Shown here piece after piece: positions 9,348 to 19,671 of a stretch of DNA of 64,000 nucleotides (position 1 is its first letter; the number at the start of each line of letters is the position of its first letter). Made by a program: the position numbers and the translations under genes. This stretch comes from Bdellovibrionales bacterium (GTDB lineage Bacteria > Bdellovibrionota > Bdellovibrionia > Bdellovibrionales > UBA1609), in assembly GCA_965200875.1 (NCBI GenBank), contig OZ241456.1, positions 448,001 through 512,000 on the forward strand, written 5' to 3'. Below the pieces are notes generated by a model. It saw nothing but the letters and a program-made list of their open reading frames with translations, was not told where the DNA came from and searched no databases.

Positions 9348-10982
9348 TCAAATACCACATTTAACAGTAGCGGACTTTAATTTTTTATAAGAAGCGAAAA
9401 GAGAAACTCTCTTGTATTCATCCGCATAATCACTTGGCACTCGATCTTTATCATCTTGCAAACAGGCATTGGCTTTGTTTTCCAGTAAAATATTAACCAA
9501 ATTCGAGTTATAGCTCCACTCAACCGCTCTGTGCAAGGGGGTTCTTTTTTGTTTATCCCTGATATTTACATTTGCCCCTGCCTTTATCAACAATCCGGCC
9601 ACTTTTGCGTTTTTGTTAAAGCCCGCCGCCCAGTGAAGAGGGCTTTCTTGGTATTTGTTTTGCACATTTACTTGAGCACCCTTGGCAATCAATAAATTTA
9701 TTTTTTTTAAATCCGCACTGGAAACTGCATAGTGCAAAGGGCTTTCCCGGTCTTCATTCACTATATTAGGATCCGCTCCCAATAAAAGCAGTTTCTCCAA
9801 TACCGCGGGATTTTTATTCTGTTTAGCGGACAAATGCAAAGCTGTGTTCCCATAGTGATCTTTCTTATCCAACTCCGCACCCAGTTTTACCAGCTGACTC
9901 AATACTCCTACATTAGTGTTTTCTCCCGCCGCGTAGTGAAGAGCTGTGTCTCCATCTTCATCTGTTAAGTTCACACTCCATCCTTGTTCCACTAGGAAAC
10001 GAACCATAGCTGGATCTGTGTTACCCGCTCCTGCCTTATGAAGAGCCGTGCTGGCACTCCGCCCATTTAAAGAGGCATCAAAGTTTTTAGAGAAAATAAT
10101 CTCTTTTAAAATCTTGGGATTCCGGCTATGAGTCGCTCCCCAAAGCAAAGGAGTGTCTCCATATTTGTTAACGGCGTTTACATCTGACCCTCCCTCAATA
10201 AGGGCTGTAATAATACCGGGATGGGTGTTGAAGCCCGCCGCCCAGTGAAGAGCTGAGCTACCTTCTGTATCCCGCAAAGAGCTATCTGCTCCTTTTTCCA
10301 AAAGAAGTTTTATCACCTTTGGATTCCGAGTTTGGGCCGAGGCTTTAAGAAGCAAAGTCAGCCCATTATTGTTTCTTATGTCCACTGTCCTGACTCTTTT
10401 TAAAAACCATTCTAGTAGTGTTGTGTCGGGATTTTCCGCCACAGCTGTATGCAATACACTGTCCCCTTTATCATTTCGTGTGTTTCTGTCAGCCCCTTTT
10501 TTTATCACTTGTTCCAGGATTTCCACATCATTTGAAACCGACATAATATAATGTAAAAGAGTGTTGCCTTTTTTTAGTTTCAGATTCACATCTGCTTTAT
10601 TTTGCACAAGAATTTTGGATTTTTCTTTATTGTTTTTCACAGCAGGATTCACGGCATAATAAAGAGGGCTTTTACCATATTGATCCAATGTATTAACATT
10701 TGCACCTTTTTCTATCAGCAAAAGTGAAACCTTGGGGTTGGGGTTATATCTGACAGCATAATGAAGGGCTGTGCCTAGGTCTTTTCCTTTTTTGGAAATC
10801 ACAGGAACTTTGAAAAAACGCGAAATCCACTTTGGATCTGAAATATAAGCTGAAGCCCAGTGCAAAGGATGACTGAAAACTGGGTGCGACTGATAAACAT
10901 AATAAACCACTCCTCCCAGCAACAGAAAAAAACTCAATAATACAGAAAACCGCGCAGAACCGGCGCAGGAGGGCTTTTTCAT
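9348..10982 (-). CDS. Ankyrin-repeat protein with N-terminal membrane anchor
   Basis: More than ten GxTxLHxA...GADVN repeats. Confidence 0.93.
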   Translation of the reverse strand: MKKPSCAGSARFSVLLSFFLLLGGVVYYVYQSHPVFSHPLHWASAYISDPKWISRFFKVPVISKKGKDLGTALHYAVRYNPNPKVSLLLIEKGANVNTLDQYGKSPLYYAVNPAVKNNKEKSKILVQNKADVNLKLKKGNTLLHYIMSVSNDVEILEQVIKKGADRNTRNDKGDSVLHTAVAENPDTTLLEWFLKRVRTVDIRNNNGLTLLLKASAQTRNPKVIKLLLEKGADSSLRDTEGSSALHWAAGFNTHPGIITALIEGGSDVNAVNKYGDTPLLWGATHSRNPKILKEIIFSKNFDASLNGRSASTALHKAGAGNTDPAMVRFLVEQGWSVNLTDEDGDTALHYAAGENTNVGVLSQLVKLGAELDKKDHYGNTALHLSAKQNKNPAVLEKLLLLGADPNIVNEDRESPLHYAVSSADLKKINLLIAKGAQVNVQNKYQESPLHWAAGFNKNAKVAGLLIKAGANVNIRDKQKRTPLHRAVEWSYNSNLVNILLENKANACLQDDKDRVPSDYADEYKRVSLFASYKKLKSATVKCGI

Positions 10983-11030
10983 ATAATCATCCTACTATAA
11001 ACCTGTGATTGATCAATCGCGAAAAGGAGG

Positions 11031-11137
11031 AAAATAAATGCTCAAATACAGAAAATAAATGAAAAACTGAGCGGTTGAGTGATCGTTTTGACAGATTGTA
11101 TGAAATCCTTTTGAAGGATAAAAAAGATAAGTTTTAA
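11031..11137 (+). pseudogene. Possible frameshifted remnant of a small coiled-coil gene
   Basis: KINAQIQKINEK, then a frameshift, then ERLSDRFDRLYEILLKDKKDKF*; no valid start codon. Confidence 0.25.
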
Positions 11138-11158
11138 TACATCTAAACGGGCTATTTA

Positions 11159-11206
11159 GTGATCCCCGTGAAAAAGGCTGTTATTTTGACTGGATCTTGC
11201 TTTCGC
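11159..11206. mobile_element. MITE left-end fragment
   Basis: TATTTA followed by GTGATCCCCGTGAAAAAGGCTGTTATTTTGACTGGAT. Confidence 0.7.
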
Positions 11207-11553
11207 TTTGATTGTATGTGTTCAGGAAAAGAAAAAGTGCGCATATTTGAGATATTTCCTCGACTGAAGTATTACACAACCTTTCAATCCTTCAATCTCA
11301 ATATCACCGGCAGTTTGTTAATTTTACACACTTTTTTGCACAATTTGTGCTTTTTTCTCCTTTAAGGGCTTGTATTTTCCTCATAAAAACTGATTTTTTC
11401 AAATTAAATGCTTAAAATTATTATATTTTTTTATAAAATCTCTTGATTTGTAAAAAAACTTTGGTATAAAGGCACAGTGCGAAATAAAAACTTTGCATTT
11501 CTAAAAAATTGTGCTTAACTAATGAGCAAATCAACATCTAAGGAGGATATAAA

Positions 11554-12183
11554 ATGAAACAGTTTATAATTATGAGTTTGACTCTTTTAGCGTTTTCTTT
11601 AATCAGTTGCGGTAAGAGTAGTGACAAAGCCCAGAAAGCAGCAGATTGTGCAAAAAAGGCTAACCACATATGGGATGATGCGGGAGATGGTGAATGTAAG
11701 CCTGAAACAGAAGTACCAGAACCCAACTCAAAGCCAACAGCAGAGCTGACAAAAGAGGAATGTGAAGCTGAAGCTAATCAAGCAACAAAAGAATGGGATG
11801 CAACTGGTAATGTTTGTAAAGATAAACCAGCACCGTCACCCGCTGTAGGAGTAGTAACATACACCATCACTAACAGGCTTGCTTCATCAGCAGCAACAGT
11901 GACATCAGAAAAAGCTACTGAGAACGGTGTCTTAACCACCGGAGTGTGTGTAACTGTAACAGAAGCACAATGGAGTAAATTAAAAATTGTGGTCGATAGT
12001 AATACAGTATGTGACAATAGCGACACATCTACAGACAACGATTGCGCGACTGGAAGTGGTAAAGTTAAAGTTCTGAAGAAATCTACTGGTAATCCAGCAA
12101 CTAATCAGCTACTAGACAAAGTAGAAGAAGACGCTGACACACCTGAAGAATGTAAAGCGTTAGTAGCACCTGCAACATTATAA
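11554..12183 (+). CDS. Cys-rich lipoprotein
   Basis: AGGAGG RBS; lipobox LISC; two C..(K/E)AN..WD....C units. Confidence 0.8.
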   Translation: MKQFIIMSLTLLAFSLISCGKSSDKAQKAADCAKKANHIWDDAGDGECKPETEVPEPNSKPTAELTKEECEAEANQATKEWDATGNVCKDKPAPSPAVGVVTYTITNRLASSAATVTSEKATENGVLTTGVCVTVTEAQWSKLKIVVDSNTVCDNSDTSTDNDCATGSGKVKVLKKSTGNPATNQLLDKVEEDADTPEECKALVAPATL

Positions 12184-12211
12184 TCCATAAAAATTTATTT
12201 AATAAATAATA

Positions 12212-12250
12212 AACAAAGCCGTTTCCAAAAAAGGAACGGCTTTTTTGTTT
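12212..12250 (+). terminator. Intrinsic terminator, probably bidirectional
   Basis: AAAGCCGTT(T)CC-AAAAAA-GGAACGGCTTT plus T-run, between convergent genes. Confidence 0.75.
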
Positions 12251-13531
12251 TTAGAAACTGATTAAAGAGGTGGTATCCACTCCTGATGAATAACCCCCGC
12301 AGGAACTGATATCAGGGATTATAAATTGAGACATATTGAATCCACTTAGTCCGACCAATTTCGCAAGAGAGAGCTTTTGACCAATGAATAATGAAGGACA
12401 TTTTTGAACATTGGCCACAGAGGAAGAACATTGATTTTTTAAAATTATGGTGTCCAGATGAAAAGTGGTTTTGGCCATCAAAGTATGTGGCTTTATGGAT
12501 AGCACAAAACCTGCCCCCCAAATATTATTCATATCCTGTGACTCAGGCATTTCTTGTATATTAATCACATTTGCGGAAAGTATTTTGCTCGTGGCACCAC
12601 TTGATTTATCTGTGTATGGAAAAACACCAGAAGATTCGAGATGAATGATATAAATCCGTGGCACCCAATCCTCAGTCACAGAGCTACAGGTGTTTTTATG
12701 TTCACCATTTTTACAGCATTTTACTTTTTCGTTATCATCTCCTGTATTGGAAAAATAAAATGGCCTTCGATCCAAAAGCCCCAGAACATACAGAGCGGAT
12801 TGCTTTGGAGATCTTGGATCAAAAGTGTGGAACACTCCCGCCGGATGCTCAACAGTGGATTCTTTCCTGTTCTCCACACATCGGGTGGCAAAAATATACC
12901 CTGATTGAAAACCTTTAGCCATATCCATACTCAGTTTCACCATAGTATGGCTATCCTGATATACTTTATAGTATAAGGGTTTTCCCCCTGTGTCTTTCTC
13001 CACTTCAGCACCTATCTGGCTTGTGGGATTCCTCAGGAAACCTTTAACACCTTTAAAATCCGGTTCTGATATATTATTAATAGAGATCCCCACTAAAGGC
13101 ACATTACTGCCTCCTTTTTTCCATTTGTAATACTTGCGGGAAAAAGTCCGCAGATAATCCACTTTATTGTGTATATCTTTTTTGCACTGGCCATCATTAT
13201 CTTTTTTACATGGGCATGGGCCGGTACACTTTGTGTTTCCACCACCCGGAACACAACAAACCTTATCCCTTTTTTCGTAACTTCCTTTCTGATTTATATT
13301 AATGGTTTTGAATGTGGCGTTTTGCATACATATATTTTGCTTAATCATTCGGGAGATTTGAAAGGAATCAAAAAAATTCTGCTGGCTTTTCTGAAAAGAC
13401 TTACCTAACATCAACATACTGTTAACCAACAAGGCAAAAAAACAAAGTGAAGCGGCAGAGATAACAAGCTCCACTAGGGAAATACCTTTATTATTGCTTT
13501 TTATAACGGAAAATATATGTTTGAGAATCAT
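12251..13531 (-). CDS. Type IV pilin/pseudopilin-like protein, Cys-rich
   Basis: NNKG/ISLVELVISAA prepilin cleavage motif followed by a hydrophobic helix; start placed at the ATG of MILKH. Confidence 0.7.
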   Translation of the reverse strand: MILKHIFSVIKSNNKGISLVELVISAASLCFFALLVNSMLMLGKSFQKSQQNFFDSFQISRMIKQNICMQNATFKTININQKGSYEKRDKVCCVPGGGNTKCTGPCPCKKDNDGQCKKDIHNKVDYLRTFSRKYYKWKKGGSNVPLVGISINNISEPDFKGVKGFLRNPTSQIGAEVEKDTGGKPLYYKVYQDSHTMVKLSMDMAKGFQSGYIFATRCVENRKESTVEHPAGVFHTFDPRSPKQSALYVLGLLDRRPFYFSNTGDDNEKVKCCKNGEHKNTCSSVTEDWVPRIYIIHLESSGVFPYTDKSSGATSKILSANVINIQEMPESQDMNNIWGAGFVLSIKPHTLMAKTTFHLDTIILKNQCSSSVANVQKCPSLFIGQKLSLAKLVGLSGFNMSQFIIPDISSCGGYSSGVDTTSLISF

Positions 13532-13672
13532 ACCTATTTTATCGGCTTTTTTTCTGAAAACTTTATTTTCACTGACACATTTGCAGGAAAACAAAGTGTT
13601 TTGTTATAAAACCTTGCAATTTTTTCTTGAACTTTTTATAAAAAAATCAAGTAATAACAGTGCATTAACACC

Positions 13673-13710
13673 TTTTTCACGGGCCACTATTTAGTTCTCC
13701 GTGAAAAAGT
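13673..13710. mobile_element. Back-to-back MITE ends sharing one TATTTA site
   Basis: TTTTTCACGGGCCAC-TATTTA-GTTCTCCGTGAAAAAG. Confidence 0.75.
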
Positions 13711-13736
13711 ATAAGAAAGATAACCATAAGGCATAT

Positions 13737-14528
13737 ATGCAACCTTATCTTCAATTATTAAAAAAAGTATTGGAAACCGGCACTTTGCGTCAGGATCGAA
13801 CAGGCACTGGCACCAAAAGCATTTTTGGCCATCAAATGTTTTTTGATCTAAGCCAGGGCTTTCCTCTTCTCACGACCAAAAAAGTGCACTTACGATCCAT
13901 TATCCATGAGCTTTTGTGGTTTTTGAAAGGAGACACAAACATTCAATATCTGAAAGATAATAATGTTCGTATATGGAATGAATGGGCAGATGAAAAAGGG
14001 AACTTAGGGCGTGTATACGGCGCGCAGTGGAGAAACTGGCAAAAACCCGATGGAAAATCTTTGGATCAAATATCCCAAGTCATTGAAAACATAAAAAAAA
14101 ATCCTTACTCCCGAAGACATATAGTTTTGGCTTTTAATCCTGGAGAATTGGATCAAATGGCTCTTCCTCCTTGTCATGCTTTTTTTCAGTTTTATATAGC
14201 CCATAACCGTTTATCCTGTCAGCTTTATCAAAGAAGTGCAGATTTGTTTTTGGGCGTACCCTTTAATATCGCAAGCTACTCTCTGCTGACTATGATGACA
14301 GCACAGGTTTGTGGGTTGGCACCGGGTGTATTTGTGCATACTTTTGGTGATGTGCATCTTTACTTGAACCATATTGAACAAGCCAGGGAACAGCTTAAGA
14401 GAAAACCAAAGTCTTTGCCTGTTATGGAAATTCAACCGGAAAAAAGCATTTTTGATTACAAGTATGAAAGTTTTAAGCTTATTAACTATGATCCTCACCC
14501 TGCGATTAAAGCGGAAATCGCCGTTTAA
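13737..14528 (+). CDS. thyA: Thymidylate synthase
   Basis: DRTGTGT, ALPPCH, YQRSAD, GVPFN. The GTG at 13701 lies in the MITE end, so ATG 13737 is preferred. Confidence 0.97.
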   Translation: MQPYLQLLKKVLETGTLRQDRTGTGTKSIFGHQMFFDLSQGFPLLTTKKVHLRSIIHELLWFLKGDTNIQYLKDNNVRIWNEWADEKGNLGRVYGAQWRNWQKPDGKSLDQISQVIENIKKNPYSRRHIVLAFNPGELDQMALPPCHAFFQFYIAHNRLSCQLYQRSADLFLGVPFNIASYSLLTMMTAQVCGLAPGVFVHTFGDVHLYLNHIEQAREQLKRKPKSLPVMEIQPEKSIFDYKYESFKLINYDPHPAIKAEIAV

Positions 14529-14554
14529 GACATGCAGGCAAAAAGAATGATAAA

Positions 14555-15118
14555 ATGAAAACAAACCATCTTTTTTATTCTCATATTTGCGCCGTAGCGG
14601 AAAACAATGTTATCGGGATAAAGGGAAAACTCCCTTGGAACATTCCTGAAGATCTTAAGTTTTTTCAGAAAAAAACCACAGGAAAAGCTCTTATTATGGG
14701 CAGAAAAACTTTTGAATCCTTAGGAAAGCCTTTGCCTCATCGTCTTAATGTGATTATCACCCGGAAAAAAGAAAACATACGGAAAGGCTTTATGACAGAC
14801 GGAGATAACCCCTTAATCTCAATAAAAAAACCTTTTTCTCCTGTAATATGCTCTTCCTTAAAATCTGCTATGAACTTTTGCGCCCAACCGGAAGTGTTAA
14901 AACAATATGGCCAAGAAATTTTTATTATCGGAGGAGGGGAAATTTACAAACAAAGCCTGCCTCTTGTTAAACGCATTTATCTGACTCGCATTCACAGAGC
15001 TTATAAGGGAGATGCTTTTTACCCTGAAGTTTCTAAAAAGCAATTCAGGGAAATAAAACGGCAGGATAGAGAGGGAAACCCTCCTTATTCTTTCCTGATT
15101 TATGAAAAAATCCAGTGA
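14555..15118 (+). CDS. folA: Dihydrofolate reductase
   Basis: VIG..GKLPW.IPEDL, MGRKTFES, IGGGEIY; follows thyA. Confidence 0.95.
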   Translation: MKTNHLFYSHICAVAENNVIGIKGKLPWNIPEDLKFFQKKTTGKALIMGRKTFESLGKPLPHRLNVIITRKKENIRKGFMTDGDNPLISIKKPFSPVICSSLKSAMNFCAQPEVLKQYGQEIFIIGGGEIYKQSLPLVKRIYLTRIHRAYKGDAFYPEVSKKQFREIKRQDREGNPPYSFLIYEKIQ

Positions 15119-15140
15119 TTCTTTAGCAGTGATTCTTTAG

Positions 15141-15662
15141 CTAGGTTACTAAACCAATTAAGATTCCTAATCCGGTAAACCCAACGATTATCAGACCTCC
15201 TAAGATTCCCACTAAATTCAATGTGAGGTCTTTTTTTAAGAGAGAGATGTCTTTTTTTAAGAGAGAGATGTCTTTTTTGGTTTCGTTGCGCAGAAGTTCG
15301 ATGTCTTTTTTGACATACTCAATTTCTTTTTTGACATCGGCAATGTCTTTTTTGGTTTCGTTGCGCAGAAGTTCAATGTCTTTTTTGACATCGGCAATGT
15401 CTTTTTTGGTTTCGTTGCGCAGAAGTTCGATGTCTTTTTTGACATACTCAATTTCTTTTTTGACATCGGCAATGTCTTTTTTGGTTTCGTTGCGCAGAAG
15501 TTCGATGTCTTTTTTGACATACTCAATTTCTTTTTTGACATCGGCGATGTCTTTTTTGGTGGCCATTACATTTTCCTGAAAATAAATCAGGGTATTGGCT
15601 TGTTGTTCCGTGAAGCCATTTTCTTTGAGATATTGCACTTGTTTCATTAAAGCAGTAGCCAT
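15141..15662 (-). CDS. DUF1640/CCDC90 (Bdr-like) coiled-coil protein with tandem repeats and C-terminal TM
   Basis: LKENGFTEQQA...MATKKDI head; KKDIADV/KKEIEYV/KKDIELLRNET repeats; hydrophobic tail. Confidence 0.8.
   Translation of the reverse strand: MATALMKQVQYLKENGFTEQQANTLIYFQENVMATKKDIADVKKEIEYVKKDIELLRNETKKDIADVKKEIEYVKKDIELLRNETKKDIADVKKDIELLRNETKKDIADVKKEIEYVKKDIELLRNETKKDISLLKKDISLLKKDLTLNLVGILGGLIIVGFTGLGILIGLVT
15231..15558. repeat. Intragenic tandem array of 21-nt and 33-nt modules
   Basis: Near-identical nucleotide copies, e.g. TTTTTTGGTTTCGTTGCGCAGAAGTTC four times. Confidence 0.9.
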
Positions 15663-15710
15663 AGTAAGTTATTTGTATCAGTATTTTTCAAAAAAGTCAA
15701 TATTACTTGA

Positions 15711-15764
15711 GTCACTAGGGAAAAAGTATGTTATTTTGCCTGATTTTCCTCCTTCAAGGGACTG
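15711..15764. mobile_element. Degenerate MITE left part
   Basis: GAAAAAGTATGTTATTTTG...CCTTCAAGGGACTG matches the copy at 32157. Confidence 0.65.
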
Positions 15765-15837
15765 TAAAGACAGTGTTTACAACAACACCTGTGTTTTCTT
15801 GAAAAAAGGTGTCAGTGAAAGAAGCTCTTTTGCTAAG

Positions 15838-16653
15838 TCAGGAAATATTATATTCCCTCAGACAATCATTCAGAGAAATTTTTTTATTGGTTTTAGAGGA
15901 GCGCGTGCCGATAATAAGAGCACAAGGAACATTAAAATCCCCGGCCTGGAATTTTTTAACCTGACTTCCAGAAATAACCACGGCATTTTCCGGCACTTCA
16001 CCTTTATAAAGCTTTGCTGAGTCAGAGGTCACATCAATAATGCGTGTACTGGCCGTAATTAACACACCAGCTCCTATCACTGCCCCTTTGCGAATAACTG
16101 CTCCCTCTACAATAATGGATCGGCTTCCCACAAATACATGGTCTTCGATAACCACCGGTCGCGCCTGTAAAGGCTCGAGCACTCCTCCAAGCCCCACTCC
16201 TCCAGAAAGGTGTACATTTTTTCCTACCTGTGCACAAGAACCTACTGTGGCCCAGGTGTCCACTAAAGTTCCCTCATCCACATAAGCACCGATATTGACA
16301 TAAGAAGGCATAAGAACAGTGTTGCGGGCAATGTATGCACCTTTCCGCACAAGAGCATGAGGCACTACTCGTACTCCTTCTTGGCCTGTCCACTTCCTCA
16401 AGGGGATTTTATCATAAAAAGAAATGTCACCGGCTGAAAGAGTTTTCATTTTTTTTAAACGAAAATAAATAAGGATGGCTTTTTTAATCCATTCGTTGGT
16501 AGTCCATTGGCCGTTTTTTTGCTCGCAGACCCTAAGCCTGCCCGCTGTTAAATCTGTGATAATCTGTTCCACCTCTGAGGATACAAAGTTTAACTTCTCT
16601 TGATTTTTTATATTTTCAAAAGCGGTATTTATTTTTTGTGTAATTTCATTCAT
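15838..16653 (-). CDS. dapD: Tetrahydrodipicolinate N-succinyltransferase
   Basis: WIKKAIL, RVVP, MPSYVNIGAYVD, VDTWATVGSCAQ, GGVLEPLQ. Confidence 0.96.
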   Translation of the reverse strand: MNEITQKINTAFENIKNQEKLNFVSSEVEQIITDLTAGRLRVCEQKNGQWTTNEWIKKAILIYFRLKKMKTLSAGDISFYDKIPLRKWTGQEGVRVVPHALVRKGAYIARNTVLMPSYVNIGAYVDEGTLVDTWATVGSCAQVGKNVHLSGGVGLGGVLEPLQARPVVIEDHVFVGSRSIIVEGAVIRKGAVIGAGVLITASTRIIDVTSDSAKLYKGEVPENAVVISGSQVKKFQAGDFNVPCALIIGTRSSKTNKKISLNDCLREYNIS

Positions 16654-16832
16654 TTTGATATTCTCTCTTTTGTATACTCCTCAATCTTATAACCAATAGC
16701 TTGTGATAAAGCTTTTAATACATTGTGTTCATTTCATTTTTTTTTATAAACAGCTTGGAAAATAATTGCAAGGTTTTATAACAAGATCCTTTTTTTCCTG
16801 CAACATTTGTCAGTGAAAGAGCTTCTTAGTCA

Positions 16833-17723
16833 TTAAGGAATCAAAATTTTTTTGATATTCACTTTGATTAAATTTTCACAGATCCTCCGCACTTGTTGCT
16901 CAAACTCTCCGAGCTCTCCCGTAACAAAAAAATGCACTTTAGAAAGCACATTTCCTTGATTTATTTCCTCCTTTGAAGCTTCTCCGCCCTTGCGGGTTAA
17001 TTTTTTTGAATTTGAAGTTCCTTGGTTTTTTAAAAGATTTGGCAGAGACATTTTAATGTGTTTTTCCTGAGATAATAAATCCTGTATCAAAAAATTCACT
17101 GGCCCTACAGCTTTTTTCCCGACACCTGCATATTTTTCAATAATTGGTTTTAAACAAAGATAATGCGTGCAACCCATTATGATTGTGTCCACATTTTTAT
17201 CTAAAAGAGGTTTCAGATATTGTAATAAAATAGAATCACATAGTTCTTGAGCGATTTTCCAACCTCCTTCTTCCAAAAAAGGAGCTAGGCGTGGGCAGGC
17301 TTGCTGATAAATTTGCAAATTCAGCTTTAATTCTTCTGCTTTTTTTAAAAATATTTGAGAGCGTGTAGTTCCAGTCGTAGCCAAAATACCAATTTTTCGG
17401 ATGAAGGAGACTTTATCAGCTTGTTTTAAAGCCGGTTCAATAACACCTGTTACGGAAACAGGATAAGTGTCCTGCTCTTCCAAGACCGCTGAAGCCGTAT
17501 TGCAAGCGACAATTACTCTCTTTGCTCCCTGATTTTTCAGAAATGTTATATTTTTTTTCACCAAAGAGCGCATAAAGGAAAGTTTTTTCTCTCCGTACGG
17601 AAAGTGGGCGCGATCCGCCAAATAAATAAAAGATTGCTGAGGAAGTTTTTGGCTTAATTCTTTCAGAAGAAACAATCCTCCAAGCCCTGAATCAAAAATA
17701 CCTATCATTTTACTGTTTTTCAT
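16833..17723 (-). CDS. murI: Glutamate racemase
   Basis: IGIFDSGLGG, PYGEK, VACNTAS, MGCTHY. Confidence 0.95.
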   Translation of the reverse strand: MKNSKMIGIFDSGLGGLFLLKELSQKLPQQSFIYLADRAHFPYGEKKLSFMRSLVKKNITFLKNQGAKRVIVACNTASAVLEEQDTYPVSVTGVIEPALKQADKVSFIRKIGILATTGTTRSQIFLKKAEELKLNLQIYQQACPRLAPFLEEGGWKIAQELCDSILLQYLKPLLDKNVDTIIMGCTHYLCLKPIIEKYAGVGKKAVGPVNFLIQDLLSQEKHIKMSLPNLLKNQGTSNSKKLTRKGGEASKEEINQGNVLSKVHFFVTGELGEFEQQVRRICENLIKVNIKKILIP

Positions 17724-17791
17724 AGACTTTCCATAGTCAAAGCCGTGGCAGGACATACATAAAGCGAAAAAAGACCAAACCCTTTAAGCCA

Positions 17792-18538
17792 CTAACTTTT
17801 TTCGTATAAAACTTTATGCTGAGTAATATACATAAAATACAGCATGGAACAAAGATAAGTAAAACACAAACTTATAACATACACATACAAAACCAAAACA
17901 GGATAAAGAATCCATAAGGAATTTATTTTGAGAAAGCTTGTTAAAAACACATCCTGTGCACTCTGAATCAAAAACGGCAACACAATACCCAAACCAAATA
18001 TCCACCAACCTATTCCTTTGGATAACTCCTTGGATCGTTTTAAACAGGAAACTTTTCCCGCTTTATAGTCTTGGTCAAAAAAAACGATAAAACTGAAAAA
18101 TGTATAGTGCACACTCTTGATAATACCGGGAACTAAAAACACACAAATCCCTAATAGTATAATTCCGCTGGCTTTTAAACCTTCCCAAGCCCAAGGCCAA
18201 GAAATCTCTTTCGTAAAAGTCCAAAACTTTAAAGCGCGCTCAGGAGGATGAGTTCTGTTAAAAAGATAAAAGCCAATCATAAAAAGAATCACCACACACA
18301 AAGAAAGATACACATAGACTGAAAACATTTTGGTTATTAAGTGTTCCGGGCCAAACATTTTAAGAGGCCATAGCCAAAGAGCCACAAGTACACAAACGAA
18401 AAGAATCAGAACAAAGGTAATATCAGATACCAGCTTGAAAAAATATTCATTTGTGCTCAAATAAGCGGTTTTTACCACTTTCAGCCCAGTCATGCCATTA
18501 TTTTTCGAGTCTTGGTCAGACTTGGAATAAAAATTCAT
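17792..18538 (-). CDS. Hypothetical membrane protein
   Basis: Several TM segments; VPGI...LKRSKEL pattern. Confidence 0.65.
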   Translation of the reverse strand: MNFYSKSDQDSKNNGMTGLKVVKTAYLSTNEYFFKLVSDITFVLILFVCVLVALWLWPLKMFGPEHLITKMFSVYVYLSLCVVILFMIGFYLFNRTHPPERALKFWTFTKEISWPWAWEGLKASGIILLGICVFLVPGIIKSVHYTFFSFIVFFDQDYKAGKVSCLKRSKELSKGIGWWIFGLGIVLPFLIQSAQDVFLTSFLKINSLWILYPVLVLYVYVISLCFTYLCSMLYFMYITQHKVLYEKS

Positions 18539-18641
18539 GTCACTTCCTCCCGGTCTTTTTCACAAGTTATAATTTTTATACCGCTTTTTATAAAAAATAT
18601 TGACATATTTTTTATAAAAAAACACTGTGTTTTTATATGTG

Positions 18642-18727
18642 GCCCGAGTGGCGGAACCGGTAGACGCACAGGACTTAAAATCCTGGGGTTTTAATAAACC
18701 GTGTCAGTTCAAGTCTGACCTCGGGCA
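18642..18727 (+). tRNA. tRNA-Leu(TAA), CCA not encoded
   Basis: GCCCGAG/CTCGGGC acceptor stem; CAGGA-CTTAAAA-TCCTG anticodon arm; long variable arm; TTCAAGT T-loop. Confidence 0.93.
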
Positions 18728-18820
18728 TATTATACTGGTTTGAATATTCATTCACAAGCGAGTGGGTCTTTCTATCGTGAAAAAGAAAGCTCAAACAAGT
18801 ATATTGATACTTCTTTGCTT

Positions 18821-18906
18821 GCGGATGTGGCGGAACGGCAGACGCGCTGGATTCAGGGTCCAGTGAAGGCAACTTCGTGGAGGTTCAAATCCTCTCATCC
18901 GCACCA
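18821..18906 (+). tRNA. tRNA-Leu(CAG)
   Basis: GCGGATG/CATCCGC-A-CCA; CTGGA-TTCAGGG-TCCAG anticodon arm. Confidence 0.95.
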
Positions 18907-18939
18907 TCGATAAAGATGCAAATCTTTAGTACCGCTTGT

Positions 18940-19671
18940 TTAAAAAATTTCCTTGAAAAATTTAAGCAGTTCCTCCCAGGAGGCTTTATCTGCTTTTTCA
19001 TTATAGGCTGTGGGAATGTTAAACTTTTTTCCGTTTTCTGTAGCTTGTGGATTGGTAAACCCATGTTGCGCATTCTGGTAACTTATGAATTTATAATCCA
19101 CAGCGTTTTTTTCCATTTCCTCTTTGAAGTTTTTAACCTGCTCTTCAGGAATCATGGAGTCTGCTTCACCATGACAAACCAAAACTCTGGCTTTCACACT
19201 GCCTGGTTTAGCTTGCCTGCGCGCTTGCAAATTGCCATGAAAACTGGCCACCCCGGTTACATCCGCTCCCATACGAGCCAAATGAAGGGATAAAGCCCCC
19301 CCCAGACAATAACCAATGGAGGCGGTTTTTGTTTCATCGGTTTGTTTCAGATCTTTTAAAGCTTTTAAATACTCCAACATTCGTTCAGAAGTTTGTTCCA
19401 TATTGGAAAAAAGCTCATTCATTCTCTGAGCGGCTTCCTCTGCTGTCCCTCCTGTCCAGCCCTCTCCATATACATCCAAAGCCAAAGCGCAATAACCCTG
19501 CTCAGCCAGTTTTAAAGCCCGGTTTTTTGTATGCTCTGTAAGCCCCCAAAATTCAGGGATCACCAAAATACCTGGTTGAGGACTTTGTAGCCCTGCCGGA
19601 TAAGCCAGATGAGATTTTGACTTATGATCTCCCAAGTGCATGGTTAATATTTCTGTATGAACTGTGCTCAT
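18940..19671 (-). CDS. Dienelactone hydrolase family protein
   Basis: PEFWGL, GYCLGG, HGFT; GAGGAG RBS before ATG 19671. Confidence 0.92.
   Translation of the reverse strand: MSTVHTEILTMHLGDHKSKSHLAYPAGLQSPQPGILVIPEFWGLTEHTKNRALKLAEQGYCALALDVYGEGWTGGTAEEAAQRMNELFSNMEQTSERMLEYLKALKDLKQTDETKTASIGYCLGGALSLHLARMGADVTGVASFHGNLQARRQAKPGSVKARVLVCHGEADSMIPEEQVKNFKEEMEKNAVDYKFISYQNAQHGFTNPQATENGKKFNIPTAYNEKADKASWEELLKFFKEIF

Noticed and set aside
15223..15579. Repeat ORFs in alternative frames
   Set aside because: Shadows of the tandem repeat; only the 15141..15662 frame has a recognisable head and TM tail.
18642..18906. tRNA-anchored integrated element
   Set aside because: No integrase and no duplicated tRNA 3' end noticed; the same applies to the tRNA at 59638.
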